Source: an uncultured Desulfarculus sp. | GTDB taxonomy: Bacteria > Desulfobacterota > Desulfarculia > Desulfarculales > Desulfarculaceae | DNA: 64,000 bases | Reading direction: 5' to 3' | NCBI GenBank assembly: GCA_963665125.2 | Contig: CAXXUK010000001.1 | Span: 1,216,001-1,280,000 of the forward strand | In this document: one piece after another, positions 52,883-62,980 of the stretch | How positions within the stretch are numbered: position 1 is the first letter of the stretch | How the letters are laid out: the number at the start of each line of letters is the position of its first letter | Made by a program: the position numbers and the translations under genes | Notes under the pieces: model-generated | Database searches by the model: none | Told to the model about the DNA's origin: nothing | The model's input: the letters and a program-made list of their open reading frames with translations, nothing else

Positions 52883-53437
52883 TCATTTAACGTTGAGGGC
52901 GGAAATGTAGCGGATGGAGCAGTTCGCCAGGTCGCTTTCAACCTGCGGCGCCCGGTCGATGTCCATCATGTCCGGCTCTTCTTCCGGCGCGGGAATGATC
53001 ATCAGCATAAGCCGGGCCGACTTGCGGTCCCAAGACCAGTTTTTCATGGGTGTGTCCGTATCAGTCTTGGTGGGTTGACCATACTGGTTGACCAGCAGTT
53101 CCGGCAAACCCATCAGTTTGGCGGCCAGCCCGTCGCCCATCAGCAAGACTTCGGTGAGCTTGCCGCTTTCGGATTTTTCGCTGAAATACAGATAAGCCGT
53201 GAACTGGGAATCAACCAGTTGATTTTGATCGACCAAGGCGCAGCTGGCAATGCCGCCGGAGTCCTGCCACGGACCCAGCTTGTATAGCTTGGACACCTGG
53301 GCATGGGTCATGCCCCAGGTCAGCTTTTGCCAACCGGTGATGTCTTTTTGGCTAAATGTGCTATTTTTATAAAAGAAAACGCCTGCGGCAGTTGCCAACA
53401 ACACGGCAACGGTAAGCAGAATAACTTTTTTGGACAC
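52883..53437 (-). CDS. Hypothetical membrane-anchored or exported protein
   Basis: N-terminal hydrophobic segment; GW..LTWGMT and L..QYGQP patterns; GGAGG RBS. Confidence 0.7.
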   Translation of the reverse strand: MSKKVILLTVAVLLATAAGVFFYKNSTFSQKDITGWQKLTWGMTHAQVSKLYKLGPWQDSGGIASCALVDQNQLVDSQFTAYLYFSEKSESGKLTEVLLMGDGLAAKLMGLPELLVNQYGQPTKTDTDTPMKNWSWDRKSARLMLMIIPAPEEEPDMMDIDRAPQVESDLANCSIRYISALNVK

Positions 53438-53557
53438 CGCCGATCCTCCGGATGCATGTATCAGGTCAAGGCAATCTTATCACAGCATTGCCCAGCCTGC
53501 GATTGCCAGCGCCCGTTGGATATGGCATCATCGCCGCACACAACCATGGAGCAACAT

Positions 53558-54016
53558 ATGTCCGAATTCGAGCCATACATGACCGCCGCCGATGTCCGGC
53601 GCATCTGCGACACCCTGGAAAAGCACCACTTACACAGCATGCTTGATGTGCATGTCATCAAGGCCGAAGACGGCCGATCGGAAATTCAGTGTCACATCGG
53701 CCCTGATCACATGAACGTGCTGGGCTCCATGCACGGCGGCAACTATTACACGCTATTGGACGTGGCAGCGTATTGCGCATCGCTGACCATGTTGCCGCCC
53801 ACGACCAACGCAACGACCCACGATATCCACATATCGATAATGAAACCGCTTTTTGACGGCGATGATTTGACCCTGACGGCCGAGGTAAAGCGTAGAGGGC
53901 GCAGCCTTATCTTTATCGACGCCGAAGCCCGCAGCAAGGGCAAGCTGGTGGCCTCGGCGCGCATCACCAAGAGCGTGGTGCCCTTTGACATGACCAACCT
54001 GATGGCCAAGGGGTAG
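53558..54016 (+). CDS. PaaI family thioesterase
   Basis: HMNVLGSMHGG..YTLLD hotdog motif; GGAG RBS. Confidence 0.88.
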   Translation: MSEFEPYMTAADVRRICDTLEKHHLHSMLDVHVIKAEDGRSEIQCHIGPDHMNVLGSMHGGNYYTLLDVAAYCASLTMLPPTTNATTHDIHISIMKPLFDGDDLTLTAEVKRRGRSLIFIDAEARSKGKLVASARITKSVVPFDMTNLMAKG

Positions 54017-54033
54017 GTTTAAAGCTCTTTTTT

Positions 54034-55551
54034 TTACAATTCGTCGCCCATTGCGGCCACCGCCCGCCAGTTTTCCAGGCCATCGTCATGCTCAGAGGCG
54101 CTCAGCAGCCCGGTCAATACGTCCTGCACGTAATCCGGGCTGCGCATGCCCACCAAAACGCTGCTTACGCCTGGAGCGCTGCGCACGGCCCTGACAGCCG
54201 CCTGGCTTAGCGTGCCGGCCTCGGCCCATTGGGGCGCTGCCGTGGCCAGGGTCTGGCGCACCTGCCCGGCCTGTTTGGCGGCCATGGCCATGTACAGCTC
54301 ATCCACGGCCCGATGTAGATCCTGACTGGCCCCCCGCCACTGTTCGAGCCATTGATCCAATCCGGCGTCCGTGGCGTTCTGATTCAGTTGAGCGGCTACA
54401 AAGTCCATCCTGGGCCGCAGAAAGCTGTCGCGGGTGGTGCGCCACTGCTCCAGCCCCCCGAACCCGTCCCAGTGCTTGCGCAGGCCGCCCGCAGCGGGCA
54501 AGGCGTTGAATATGGCGTTGACCAAGGCCGGATCCAGCCCTGATTCCACCAGCAACTCCCTGCCCCGGTCCTCCAAATCGGCCAAGTTGTCCAGGCCCTG
54601 AATTATCTTGCTCGGTTGCGGCGCTTCCACATCCGGGAATCCGCTTAGGCGGATCATCTGTTTTTCGGTTACTGCGTTCAAGGGACGATTGATAAGCACG
54701 CCCAGGCCCTGGGCCGCGGCAAACTCAATCACGCTTTGACCGCCGGGCTGGTTGGCCAGAATCACGGCCTGGGGCTCCAGAATGTTGAGGGGCATTTCCA
54801 CCACGGCAAAATGGTTGTCCGGGCCCAGCCTGGCGGCGATGCCGCAAATATCGGTCAGAGGCGTATGCTCAAAATCATCGGCGGGCATGGGAAAAGTATT
54901 GGAACTGATTCCATAATATTGAATGCGTCCGGCGGCCGCCTCGGTTTCCAAATGACTGAAGGCCAGCTCAATGCGGCGCAGGTATTCCGCCCGGGCCTCG
55001 TCCGGCGCTACCCCCTGGGACTTGGCCCAAGCCAGATAATATTCCGGGTTGTGAACCAGATAGACGTCCAGGCAATCCAGGCCCATCCGCTCCAGGCTGC
55101 GGCTGATCTGGTCGGCCAGAAATTCGGGATGGATGCAGTGTTCCAGGCCGGTGGCATATTCCACCAGATCGGGGTATGGCCTGCCCTGGGCCTTGCGCTG
55201 CTGGCTGATGGCGTAGTTCTCGCCTTGCAGATAGCCACCCTTGGTCACCACCACAACCTGTTCGCGGCTGATGGCGCCGCCGGCGATGAGTTCGGCCAAC
55301 ACCTTGCCCACCAGGCGCTCCGAACCGCCGCCGGTGTAATTGGCGCTGGTGTCGACGAGGTTAATGCCCGCCTGCAGGGCCCCGGAAAGGGCGATGCGAT
55401 GGGCCGGGGTGGCGTCATCAACCCGGTAACAGCCGAAACCGGCTTGGCTGACGGCCAGGCCCGTGCGGCCCAATTGATTGTAAGCCAAGCCGTTTTCCAG
55501 GCCGATCATGGCGTTTGTCACATCCACTTCCGCCTTGCCTTCAAACACCAT
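54034..55551 (-). CDS. Aldo/keto reductase (long form)
   Basis: LGRTGLAVS..GFG, DTSANY..G.SE, TKGGY, SLERM...D.Y.VHNPE, VLVGMR. Confidence 0.88.
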   Translation of the reverse strand: MVFEGKAEVDVTNAMIGLENGLAYNQLGRTGLAVSQAGFGCYRVDDATPAHRIALSGALQAGINLVDTSANYTGGGSERLVGKVLAELIAGGAISREQVVVVTKGGYLQGENYAISQQRKAQGRPYPDLVEYATGLEHCIHPEFLADQISRSLERMGLDCLDVYLVHNPEYYLAWAKSQGVAPDEARAEYLRRIELAFSHLETEAAAGRIQYYGISSNTFPMPADDFEHTPLTDICGIAARLGPDNHFAVVEMPLNILEPQAVILANQPGGQSVIEFAAAQGLGVLINRPLNAVTEKQMIRLSGFPDVEAPQPSKIIQGLDNLADLEDRGRELLVESGLDPALVNAIFNALPAAGGLRKHWDGFGGLEQWRTTRDSFLRPRMDFVAAQLNQNATDAGLDQWLEQWRGASQDLHRAVDELYMAMAAKQAGQVRQTLATAAPQWAEAGTLSQAAVRAVRSAPGVSSVLVGMRSPDYVQDVLTGLLSASEHDDGLENWRAVAAMGDEL

Positions 55552-55579
55552 TTGCGCCTCTTTTCCGCTCTGTATCGTC

Positions 55580-56929
55580 TCAGCTCAAACCGTATTTCTT
55601 TATCTTGTATGCCAGATTGCTCTTGGTCACACCAAGGGCCAGGGCCGCGTGGGCCGCCACGCCGCCGGCCTCGGCCAGGGCCCTTTGGATCATCCGTTTT
55701 TCCAGGTCCTCAACGGCCTGGTTGATGGTCATGCCGGTGGGAAGCTCCGTGGCGGCAATTCCCGCGCCGGCCTGTGCGCTGACTTCCAGGGGAAGATCGT
55801 CCACCTGGATCTCCTCACCACAGAGGATGACCGCACGCTCCAGGGCGTTTTCCAGCTCACGAACGTTACCGGGCCAGGAATGATCATAGATGGCCTGCAT
55901 GGCCTGGGCCGAGACCTTGGGCACCGGCCTGCCCACCTCGGCCGCGTATTTTTTTACAAAGTGGGCCACCAACAACGGCAGGTCCTCGGCGCGTTCCCGC
56001 AGGGCGGGCATTTCCAGGCGTACCACGTTGAGCCGATAAAACAAGTCGTCGCGGAACTTGCCCAGCTTGACCTGCTCGGCCAGATCGCGGTTGGTGGCCG
56101 CCACGATACGCACGTCAACAGTTATGGGCTGGGTGCCGCCAACCCGCTCAAAGGTACGTTCCTGCAACACCCGCAAGAGCTTGACCTGGGTCGCGGGTGG
56201 AATCTCGCCGATTTCATCCAAAAACAGGGTGCCCCGGTGGGCCAGTTCAAAGCGGCCCTTGCGGCTGCTGGTGGCCCCGGTGAACGATCCCTTTTCATGG
56301 CCGAAAAGCTCGCTTTCCATCAGCGTCTCGGTGATGGCCATGCAGTTGACGGCCACGAAGGGCTCCTCGGCACGGCTGGAGCGGGCGTGCAGGGCCCTGG
56401 CTATGAGTTCCTTGCCCGTACCGCTTTCGCCGGTGATCAAGACAGTGGCCTTGGCGTCGGCCACCTTTTCGACCATGGCGTAGACCTGGCGCATTGCCGA
56501 GGACTGGCCGATTATCTCGCCGAAGCCGCCCAGCTCTTCCCTGAGCAGGCGGTTCTGGGTCATCAGCCGCCGCATTTTCAGCGACTTTTCAATGGTCAGC
56601 AGAAGTTCCTGGTTTTCAAAGGGCTTGGCGATATAGTCCGTGGCCCCGAGCTTCATTGCTTCCACCGCGTTTTCCACGGTGCCGAACGCCGTCATGACGA
56701 TTACCGGCAGTTCAGGATAGCGCTCCTTGAGCTTGCCGATGAGCTCCGTGCCGGTCATGCGGGGCATTTTCATGTCCGTGACCACCATGTCCGGCTCGTC
56801 GCCCTCGGTTAGCCGCAGGGCGGCCGCGCCGTTGTCGGCGGTAATAACGTCATAGCCTTCGCTCCGTAACAGAGCCTCCAGGACCACCAGATAGTTTTTT
56901 TCGTCGTCTACAACCAGGATGCGGTACAC
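55580..56929 (-). CDS. Sigma54-dependent response regulator (NtrC family)
   Basis: REC domain (VVDD, DMKMP, KPF), GESGTGKE, GSFTGA, WPGNVREL, Fis-type HTH. Confidence 0.94.
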   Translation of the reverse strand: MYRILVVDDEKNYLVVLEALLRSEGYDVITADNGAAALRLTEGDEPDMVVTDMKMPRMTGTELIGKLKERYPELPVIVMTAFGTVENAVEAMKLGATDYIAKPFENQELLLTIEKSLKMRRLMTQNRLLREELGGFGEIIGQSSAMRQVYAMVEKVADAKATVLITGESGTGKELIARALHARSSRAEEPFVAVNCMAITETLMESELFGHEKGSFTGATSSRKGRFELAHRGTLFLDEIGEIPPATQVKLLRVLQERTFERVGGTQPITVDVRIVAATNRDLAEQVKLGKFRDDLFYRLNVVRLEMPALRERAEDLPLLVAHFVKKYAAEVGRPVPKVSAQAMQAIYDHSWPGNVRELENALERAVILCGEEIQVDDLPLEVSAQAGAGIAATELPTGMTINQAVEDLEKRMIQRALAEAGGVAAHAALALGVTKSNLAYKIKKYGLS

Positions 56930-56959
56930 GCTTGCCCCTTAATATGGATGGCCGGATTT

Positions 56960-58417
56960 TCAAGCCAGCGGAAGGATGATCTTTACCACGGCGCCGCCGC
57001 CTTCGCCGCGCTCGAAAAGCAGCTTGCCTTCATGACTGTTGATGATATTGCCCACGATGGACAGCCCCAGCCCGGTGCCTTTTTCCCTTGTGGTGAAAAA
57101 CGGGTCCTGAATCTGGTCCAAGGTTTCCGGGTCGAATCCCGGGCCGCTGTCTTCGACGATCACCGCCGCCGAGCGCCGCCCGTCATATCGCCCGACCTTG
57201 GTGGAAACGCGCAGGATGCCGCCGTCTTCCATCACTTGCAGGGCATTGTTGAAGATATTCAACAACGCCCGGTACAGCAGATCCGGGTCGGCCATCACCG
57301 TTGCGCCGCCTTGGGTGTAATCGCGCTCCAGGGCTATTCCCAGGCGCGTCAGTTCGGGCTTCAAGGCTGTCAGGTTGTGTTCGAGAACATCTTCCAGAAG
57401 CACCGGCTCCAGGCTGGCCCGTTGGGGCCTGGCAAAATCCAGAAATTCGGTGACGATCTGGTTGAGCCGGTTGCTTTCCTCCACAATAACTCCGGAAAGC
57501 GGCTTGAAGGCCTTGTCGGCGTTTTTACCCAACAGCTCGGCCGTGGAGCGGATGATGCCCAGGGGGTTGCGGATTTCATGGGCCACGCCGGCTATCATGC
57601 GGCCCAGGGAGGCCAGACGGGCCGACTGGTTGACCTGTTCAATGAGCTGGGCCCGTTCCTCGGCCTGGCGGGCCATTACCCGCTGGCCCCTGAGCACGAT
57701 GGTCCGCAGGATCACGAACAACACCGCCATCATGGCCAACAGGGCGGCCATGATCAACAGCTGGTTGTGCCATACGTCCCGGAAATCGGCGCTCACGTCC
57801 ATTTCGATCTCAAACACGGCCCTGGGCGGGCCAAGTTCGGCCGTGCGCCTGCGCTGGTCGCGCAAGGGGATGGACATGCGCATGATCCGCTGGGGACCGG
57901 CGCCCATCATGATGGCGTCCAGGGAGGGTTTGATAACGCTTTTGCTGCCGCCCGATGCCGCTATGCGAAACCCAGGGCCCTCGTCGCCCACCCGGCCTAT
58001 ATGCTCCGGCTGGGTGCTGTAGATGATGTTGCCGTCAAGGTCCAGGATATTGACCTTGAGCACGTTGAACAGGCCCTTGTCGCCGCCCTGCATGGGCACG
58101 CTGTTGCGCACCACCGCGTCCAGGAGCTTGAACTGCTCGGGCTGGCCAACGTTGATGCCGCCGTATTCCTGCAGGGCCGCCACCACAAAACGGTTCATCA
58201 CCTGATGATTGAGGTTTTCGGCCAGCAGCCGGGCGAACTGCTCCTGTTTGGCAATGGCCTCGCTGGTGGACCGGGTGCTCACGGTCCAAGCGATGAGCAT
58301 GGCGAAAAGCAAAATGATCATCAAGCTGGTGACGGAATAGTACTCCACCAACTGAAACGGCTTTTCGCCGGATTCGCCAAAGCCGGGCTTCAGCGTTTGC
58401 TCGCTGCCTTGAACCAA
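56960..58417 (-). CDS. Sensor histidine kinase (2 TM)
   Basis: AHEIRNPL H-box, NALQ N-box, DSGPG, PFFTT..GTGLGL. Confidence 0.94.
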   Translation of the reverse strand: MVQGSEQTLKPGFGESGEKPFQLVEYYSVTSLMIILLFAMLIAWTVSTRSTSEAIAKQEQFARLLAENLNHQVMNRFVVAALQEYGGINVGQPEQFKLLDAVVRNSVPMQGGDKGLFNVLKVNILDLDGNIIYSTQPEHIGRVGDEGPGFRIAASGGSKSVIKPSLDAIMMGAGPQRIMRMSIPLRDQRRRTAELGPPRAVFEIEMDVSADFRDVWHNQLLIMAALLAMMAVLFVILRTIVLRGQRVMARQAEERAQLIEQVNQSARLASLGRMIAGVAHEIRNPLGIIRSTAELLGKNADKAFKPLSGVIVEESNRLNQIVTEFLDFARPQRASLEPVLLEDVLEHNLTALKPELTRLGIALERDYTQGGATVMADPDLLYRALLNIFNNALQVMEDGGILRVSTKVGRYDGRRSAAVIVEDSGPGFDPETLDQIQDPFFTTREKGTGLGLSIVGNIINSHEGKLLFERGEGGGAVVKIILPLA

Positions 58418-58435
58418 TTCGCCCCCTTGCCGGGT

Positions 58436-59839
58436 TTATATCGTATGGCGCCCGATCTGGGCGCCTGCCATCTGACGGGCCTGTTCTTCAAAACCTTCAC
58501 GGCCCATCAGACCATATGTCAATTGTTTGCCCAGTTCAACACCAGGCTGATCCAGAGGATCAATCCCCAGGATGGCCCCGGCCATGACCGTGGCCAGCTC
58601 CAGCAGATAAAACACCTGGCCGATGGTATGGGCGCTGATTTCCGGCAGGCGCAGAGCCAGGCTGGGCCTGCCCTGCTGAGCCAGGGCGGTCGCCGTGGCC
58701 GTGGCCTCGGCCTTGATCAGTTCGCTCATGCCCCTGCCGCCCAGATAGGACAGGCCCGATATCTCCGGGTGCAGCTCGGGGATGATAAGGTCCTTGCCGT
58801 AATCGTCCACGGTGACAAAACATACCAGCTTGTCCTGGGGTCCTTCCATGTAAAGCTGCAACTGGCTGTGCTGGTCGGTGGCGCCCACCGCGGCAACCGG
58901 CGTCTGGCCGGTATGCACCACCGAGCCGTCCAGGGCGTTGGCCTTGCCCAGGCTTTCGGCCCAGAGCTGGCCGAACCACTGGGAAAGGCCGAACAAGTCG
59001 CTGGCATAGGGCATCATCACGATGATATTACGGCCTTGCCTGAACAGCTCGATGGCCAGGCAGGCGAACAGATAGGCCGGATTTTTCAGCGGGTCCGGAT
59101 CAACGCAGCGCACGGCCATGGCCGCGGCCCCGGCCAGCAGGGCCTCGATGTCATGGCCCGCGCAGGCCAGGGGCAACAGGCCCACCGAACTCAATACCGA
59201 ATAACGGCCTCCCACGTTGGGCGGCACGCTCAGCACGGCGATATCCTCGCCGCCGTCCACCAATTTGCGCAGGTTGCCGGCCTTGGGGTCGGTGGTGAAG
59301 ACCAGTCTCCTGCGGGCCTCATTCTTACCCAGGGCCTGCTCCAGCCTTTGGCGGGCGATGAGGTACTGGCTCATGGTCTCGGCCGTGGAGCCGCTTTTGC
59401 TTATCACGTTGTAAACGGTCTTGGCCGGATCGAGGTTGTCCACCAGGGCCCCGAACATCCTCGGGTCCGAGTTGTCGGCCACGAACAAACGCATTGCCTT
59501 GCCGGGCCGGGCATAGGCATGACGCAGGGCTCCGGCCAAGGCCATATCCACCGCCGTGGCCCCCAGGGCGCTGCCTCCGATGCCCAGAACCACGAAGTTC
59601 TCGGCAAACGACTGCAATTCACTGGTCAGTTGCCTGATGGGGCCCAACACATCGGCGCCCTGATGCGGCATGTCCATGAAGCCCAGCCCCCCCGCACCGT
59701 GCTGGTCCGCCAAGCGCTGGTGCAACTGCGTGATTTGGGGAGCCATGCCTTTGATAAAGTCCAGCGAAAGGCCCCGGCCGTTGCCCAAGGCTGAATCCAG
59801 GCAGTAGCCGTAATCCATTACAACATTGCTATCGGACAT
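58436..59839 (-). CDS. pgi: Glucose-6-phosphate isomerase
   Basis: GIGGS, SKSGST.ET, GGRYS, QLWAESLGK, DQHSQLQ, DQPGVELGK. Confidence 0.95.
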   Translation of the reverse strand: MSDSNVVMDYGYCLDSALGNGRGLSLDFIKGMAPQITQLHQRLADQHGAGGLGFMDMPHQGADVLGPIRQLTSELQSFAENFVVLGIGGSALGATAVDMALAGALRHAYARPGKAMRLFVADNSDPRMFGALVDNLDPAKTVYNVISKSGSTAETMSQYLIARQRLEQALGKNEARRRLVFTTDPKAGNLRKLVDGGEDIAVLSVPPNVGGRYSVLSSVGLLPLACAGHDIEALLAGAAAMAVRCVDPDPLKNPAYLFACLAIELFRQGRNIIVMMPYASDLFGLSQWFGQLWAESLGKANALDGSVVHTGQTPVAAVGATDQHSQLQLYMEGPQDKLVCFVTVDDYGKDLIIPELHPEISGLSYLGGRGMSELIKAEATATATALAQQGRPSLALRLPEISAHTIGQVFYLLELATVMAGAILGIDPLDQPGVELGKQLTYGLMGREGFEEQARQMAGAQIGRHTI

Positions 59840-60058
59840 GCCATTCCTCCGTTATCAGCAACCGTAACCTTATTACAATGCTTAGCAAAACAATGCATCT
59901 ATTTGATTCGAGTATACTTTGTGGCAAAGGTACAAACAAGAGACGCTTGTGCACACAAACACGTAACACAAATTTGACAAATCATTTTTACTGATATAAG
60001 AATATTACACATTTTTGACAGGCCAATCAGACGTAGCAGCACCATTGGAGTGTAGTGC

Positions 60059-60298
60059 ATGAAAGAAATACTCGATCATCTCTCCGACCAGTTTCTAGAG
60101 CTTGAATCCTGCGACGTCATTGAATTGCTTCCCGATATCCAAAAGAGAATGGAACATTGCGACAACACCCGGGAATGGGAACGCTCGGTTGTCAGCTTCT
60201 TCTTAATCAACGCCCTCCGCTTCAAGGACAATTCAAAGCGCAACTGCATGGCGCCTTCAGCGCTTGAGGAACGCCCCAAACTGCGGGTGGTCAAATAA
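60059..60298 (+). CDS. Small hypothetical protein ending in an SspB-like tail
   Basis: GGAG RBS; 79 aa; ends RPKLRVVK. Confidence 0.7.
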   Translation: MKEILDHLSDQFLELESCDVIELLPDIQKRMEHCDNTREWERSVVSFFLINALRFKDNSKRNCMAPSALEERPKLRVVK

Positions 60299-60310
60299 GC
60301 CGCACCCAAA

Positions 60311-61648
60311 TCAAACCGGTTTTTTAAAATCGCGCCTGGCCTCGGCTAAACGAGCCAGGCGTTCTTTAATGAATTTTTCCCTGCCCCGCTCGGTGGGTCT
60401 GTAATAGGTGCGCCCGTCCAATTGTTCGGGCAGATATTGCTGGTCCACCACCGCGCCGTCGTACTCATGGGGATAGAGATAGCCCTTGGAGTAATCAAGG
60501 TCCTTCATTAGTCTGGTGGGGGCGTTTCTGATCTCCAGCGGCACCTCCAGGTGCCCGAAGCGTTGGATGTCTTTTTTCACTTCCTTCATGGCCAGATAAA
60601 TGGCGTTCGATTTTGGAGCCATGGCCAGGTACACCGCTGCCTGGGCAAGCATCAGCTCGGCCTCGGGCAGGCCCACCCGGTCAAAGGCCTGCCACGCAGC
60701 CACAAGCTGATTGAGGGCGTAGGAGTCTGCCAGGCCCACATCCTCGCAGGCGAAACGGGTCATCCGGCGCAGGATGTAATGGGGGTCTTCGCCGGCTTCG
60801 AGCATCCGGCCAAGCCAGTACAGGGCCGCGTCCGGGTCCGAGCCGCGCAGGGACTTGTGCAGGGCGCTGATCAGGTTGTAGTGTTCGTCCCCGGCTTTGT
60901 CATAGCGCAGCATTCGGCGTCCAACAGCGTCCTCGGCCAAGGTCTGGTCAATGAGCTTGCCCCCGCCCTGGATCAGGGGGGCGGCGTCGACGGCTACTTC
61001 CAATGAGCCCAGCATGCGCCTGGCATCGCCATAGGCCGATTCCACAAAGTGCCGTCTGGCCTCGGGGGTCAACTCCACGCCCAGGTTGCCCAGGCCGTTT
61101 TGTTTGTCCTCCAGGGCCCGGTCCAGTATGCGGGCCAGGACGTCTTCGCCGAGAGGCCCAAGGACCATGACCCGCATGCGCGACAACAGGGCCGGAACCA
61201 CCTCGAAGCTCGGGTTCTCGGTCGTGGCCCCCAACAGCGTAATCACGCCGGATTCCACATGGGGTAAAAAGGCGTCCTGCTGGGCCTTGTTGAAGCGGTG
61301 GATTTCATCGACGAACAGCACAGTGCGCCTATCGTGCTTGAGCAGCTTGCGGGCCACTTCCACGGCCCGGCGCACATCGGCAACTCCGCTGAGCACGGCC
61401 GAAAATTCCACGAACTCGCTGTCCCAGTGATCGGCCAGCAGCCTGGCCAGGGTGGTCTTGCCCGAGCCGGGCGGCCCCCAGAAAATCATCGAGGCGGGCC
61501 GCCCTTCCTCGATGAGGCGGCGTAGCGGCTTGCCCGTGGCCAGCAACTGGTCCTGCCCCAGGATTTCATCCACGGCGCGGGGCCGCATGCGGTCGGCCAG
61601 GGGCGCAGACACCGGCGCGGCGTTGCCGCTTTGCTCAAACATATTCAT
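60311..61648 (-). CDS. rarA: Replication-associated recombination protein A
   Basis: PLADRMRP, WGPPGSGKTT, DEIHRFNKAQQD, ATTENPSF, SALHKS.RGSD, EDVG. Confidence 0.95.
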   Translation of the reverse strand: MNMFEQSGNAAPVSAPLADRMRPRAVDEILGQDQLLATGKPLRRLIEEGRPASMIFWGPPGSGKTTLARLLADHWDSEFVEFSAVLSGVADVRRAVEVARKLLKHDRRTVLFVDEIHRFNKAQQDAFLPHVESGVITLLGATTENPSFEVVPALLSRMRVMVLGPLGEDVLARILDRALEDKQNGLGNLGVELTPEARRHFVESAYGDARRMLGSLEVAVDAAPLIQGGGKLIDQTLAEDAVGRRMLRYDKAGDEHYNLISALHKSLRGSDPDAALYWLGRMLEAGEDPHYILRRMTRFACEDVGLADSYALNQLVAAWQAFDRVGLPEAELMLAQAAVYLAMAPKSNAIYLAMKEVKKDIQRFGHLEVPLEIRNAPTRLMKDLDYSKGYLYPHEYDGAVVDQQYLPEQLDGRTYYRPTERGREKFIKERLARLAEARRDFKKPV

Positions 61649-62577
61649 TGCGCAAGGCCCAGTTTTTTACACAGCCTGCGCCACAACGGATCCGGCTCCA
61701 ACAACTTTTTCACCTTGCCCAAGGCCAATTGGGCGGCCAGGTTGCCCTGATCCATCACATAATCCGCGCTGGTAAAGTCGGCCCAATGTACATCGCCCAC
61801 ATCCGGGCTTATCACCACCCGGGCGTCGCCCAGCATTCTCTGGGCCAAATGATAAGACTGAATTTCGCCCGCCCGGAGATATGTTTCCAAAGCCTGATCA
61901 GGCAGGTTATCCGAGTATACGTTGCGATCCACATTAACCGCAACAATTGTATTGTACCCTTTTTCGCGGGCGCACGCGGTAGGAACCAGACAAGCCACTC
62001 CGCCATCGGTAAGCCAGCGGCCATCCACCTGCACCAGGGGTGCGATTCCCGGCACGGCCGTGCTGGCCAACACGGCCCGGCGCAGGGAGCCCTTGTCGAA
62101 TAAAACCGGTTCGCCGGTGTGAATATCGGTGGCCACGCAATTGAAGGGCATGGGCATGTCCTCGATATTGATGTCGGGCAGAAAAAAATCGACAATCTTC
62201 TGGAAAAAGTCCGCGTTCATCACCGAATCGCCCATGAGGAACGAACGCACCAGCCAGCCTTGCATAAAGTACTGCCCCACCCTGTCCACCAAACTACGGG
62301 CCGTGCTGCTCTCCGAGCTTGACATGAAGTTGCGCAATTTTGAGTCGTTGGCCATGGGGGTCTTGGTAAATTCAATAACCCGCTGACGCATGTGCAGGGT
62401 GCTCATTCCCGCGGCATAGCCACCGCCTGCCAAGGCCCCGGCGCTGGCTCCGGTGATCGACTTAATCGGCAAGCCGTTTTTGTCGAATTGCTCCAGCACG
62501 CCGACATGAGCAAAGCCCCGGGCGCCGCCGCCGCCGAGCACCAAATCGACTCCCTTTTCGTATGAAATTCGGCCCAT
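61645..62577 (-). CDS. Patatin-like phospholipase
   Basis: GGGARG, GASAG (GxSxG), DGG. Confidence 0.9.
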   Translation of the reverse strand: MGRISYEKGVDLVLGGGGARGFAHVGVLEQFDKNGLPIKSITGASAGALAGGGYAAGMSTLHMRQRVIEFTKTPMANDSKLRNFMSSSESSTARSLVDRVGQYFMQGWLVRSFLMGDSVMNADFFQKIVDFFLPDINIEDMPMPFNCVATDIHTGEPVLFDKGSLRRAVLASTAVPGIAPLVQVDGRWLTDGGVACLVPTACAREKGYNTIVAVNVDRNVYSDNLPDQALETYLRAGEIQSYHLAQRMLGDARVVISPDVGDVHWADFTSADYVMDQGNLAAQLALGKVKKLLEPDPLWRRLCKKLGLAQ

Positions 62578-62700
62578 AATCGAGAACTCTTCAATCTGCC
62601 TTTACATATCGGTCTTTTGTGCTATATTTACTCCGCTTCCGCTAGGGCGAAAGCAATTAATCATTTTACAATGAAATTCATTATAGAGGGTGGTGATCGC

Positions 62701-62916
62701 GTGCAGGTCCAAGTTCAGGACAACAATGTCGAAAAGGCCATTAAGGCCCTTAAGCGCAAGCTGACCAAGGAAGGCATCTTCCGCCAGCTCAAAGAAAAGC
62801 GTTGGCATGAAAAGCCTTCGGACATGCGTCGGCGCAAGCAGCGTCAGGCGCGCCGCCGTCTGCGCAGGCAGATGGCGAGGGCCAGGGCTCGTGCTGAGTC
62901 GCGTCGCCATTTCTAG
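62701..62916 (+). CDS. rpsU: 30S ribosomal protein S21
   Basis: NNVEKAIKALKRKL..EG...EKPS...RR; GTG start. Confidence 0.93.
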   Translation: MQVQVQDNNVEKAIKALKRKLTKEGIFRQLKEKRWHEKPSDMRRRKQRQARRRLRRQMARARARAESRRHF

Positions 62917-62941
62917 TCCGATACGCTAGTACAAGCACGTT

Positions 62942-62980
62942 ACGGGCAGCCGCCGCAAGGCGGGTGCCCGTTCCCGTTTC
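62942..62980 (+). terminator. GNRA-capped hairpin between convergent rpsU and LysE genes
   Basis: ACGGGCAGCCGCC-GCAA-GGCGGGTGCCCGT. Confidence 0.6.

Noticed and set aside
56948..59794. 948-aa plus-strand ORF
   Set aside because: Lies antisense to pgi and the histidine kinase, which carry clear motifs; typical shadow ORF.
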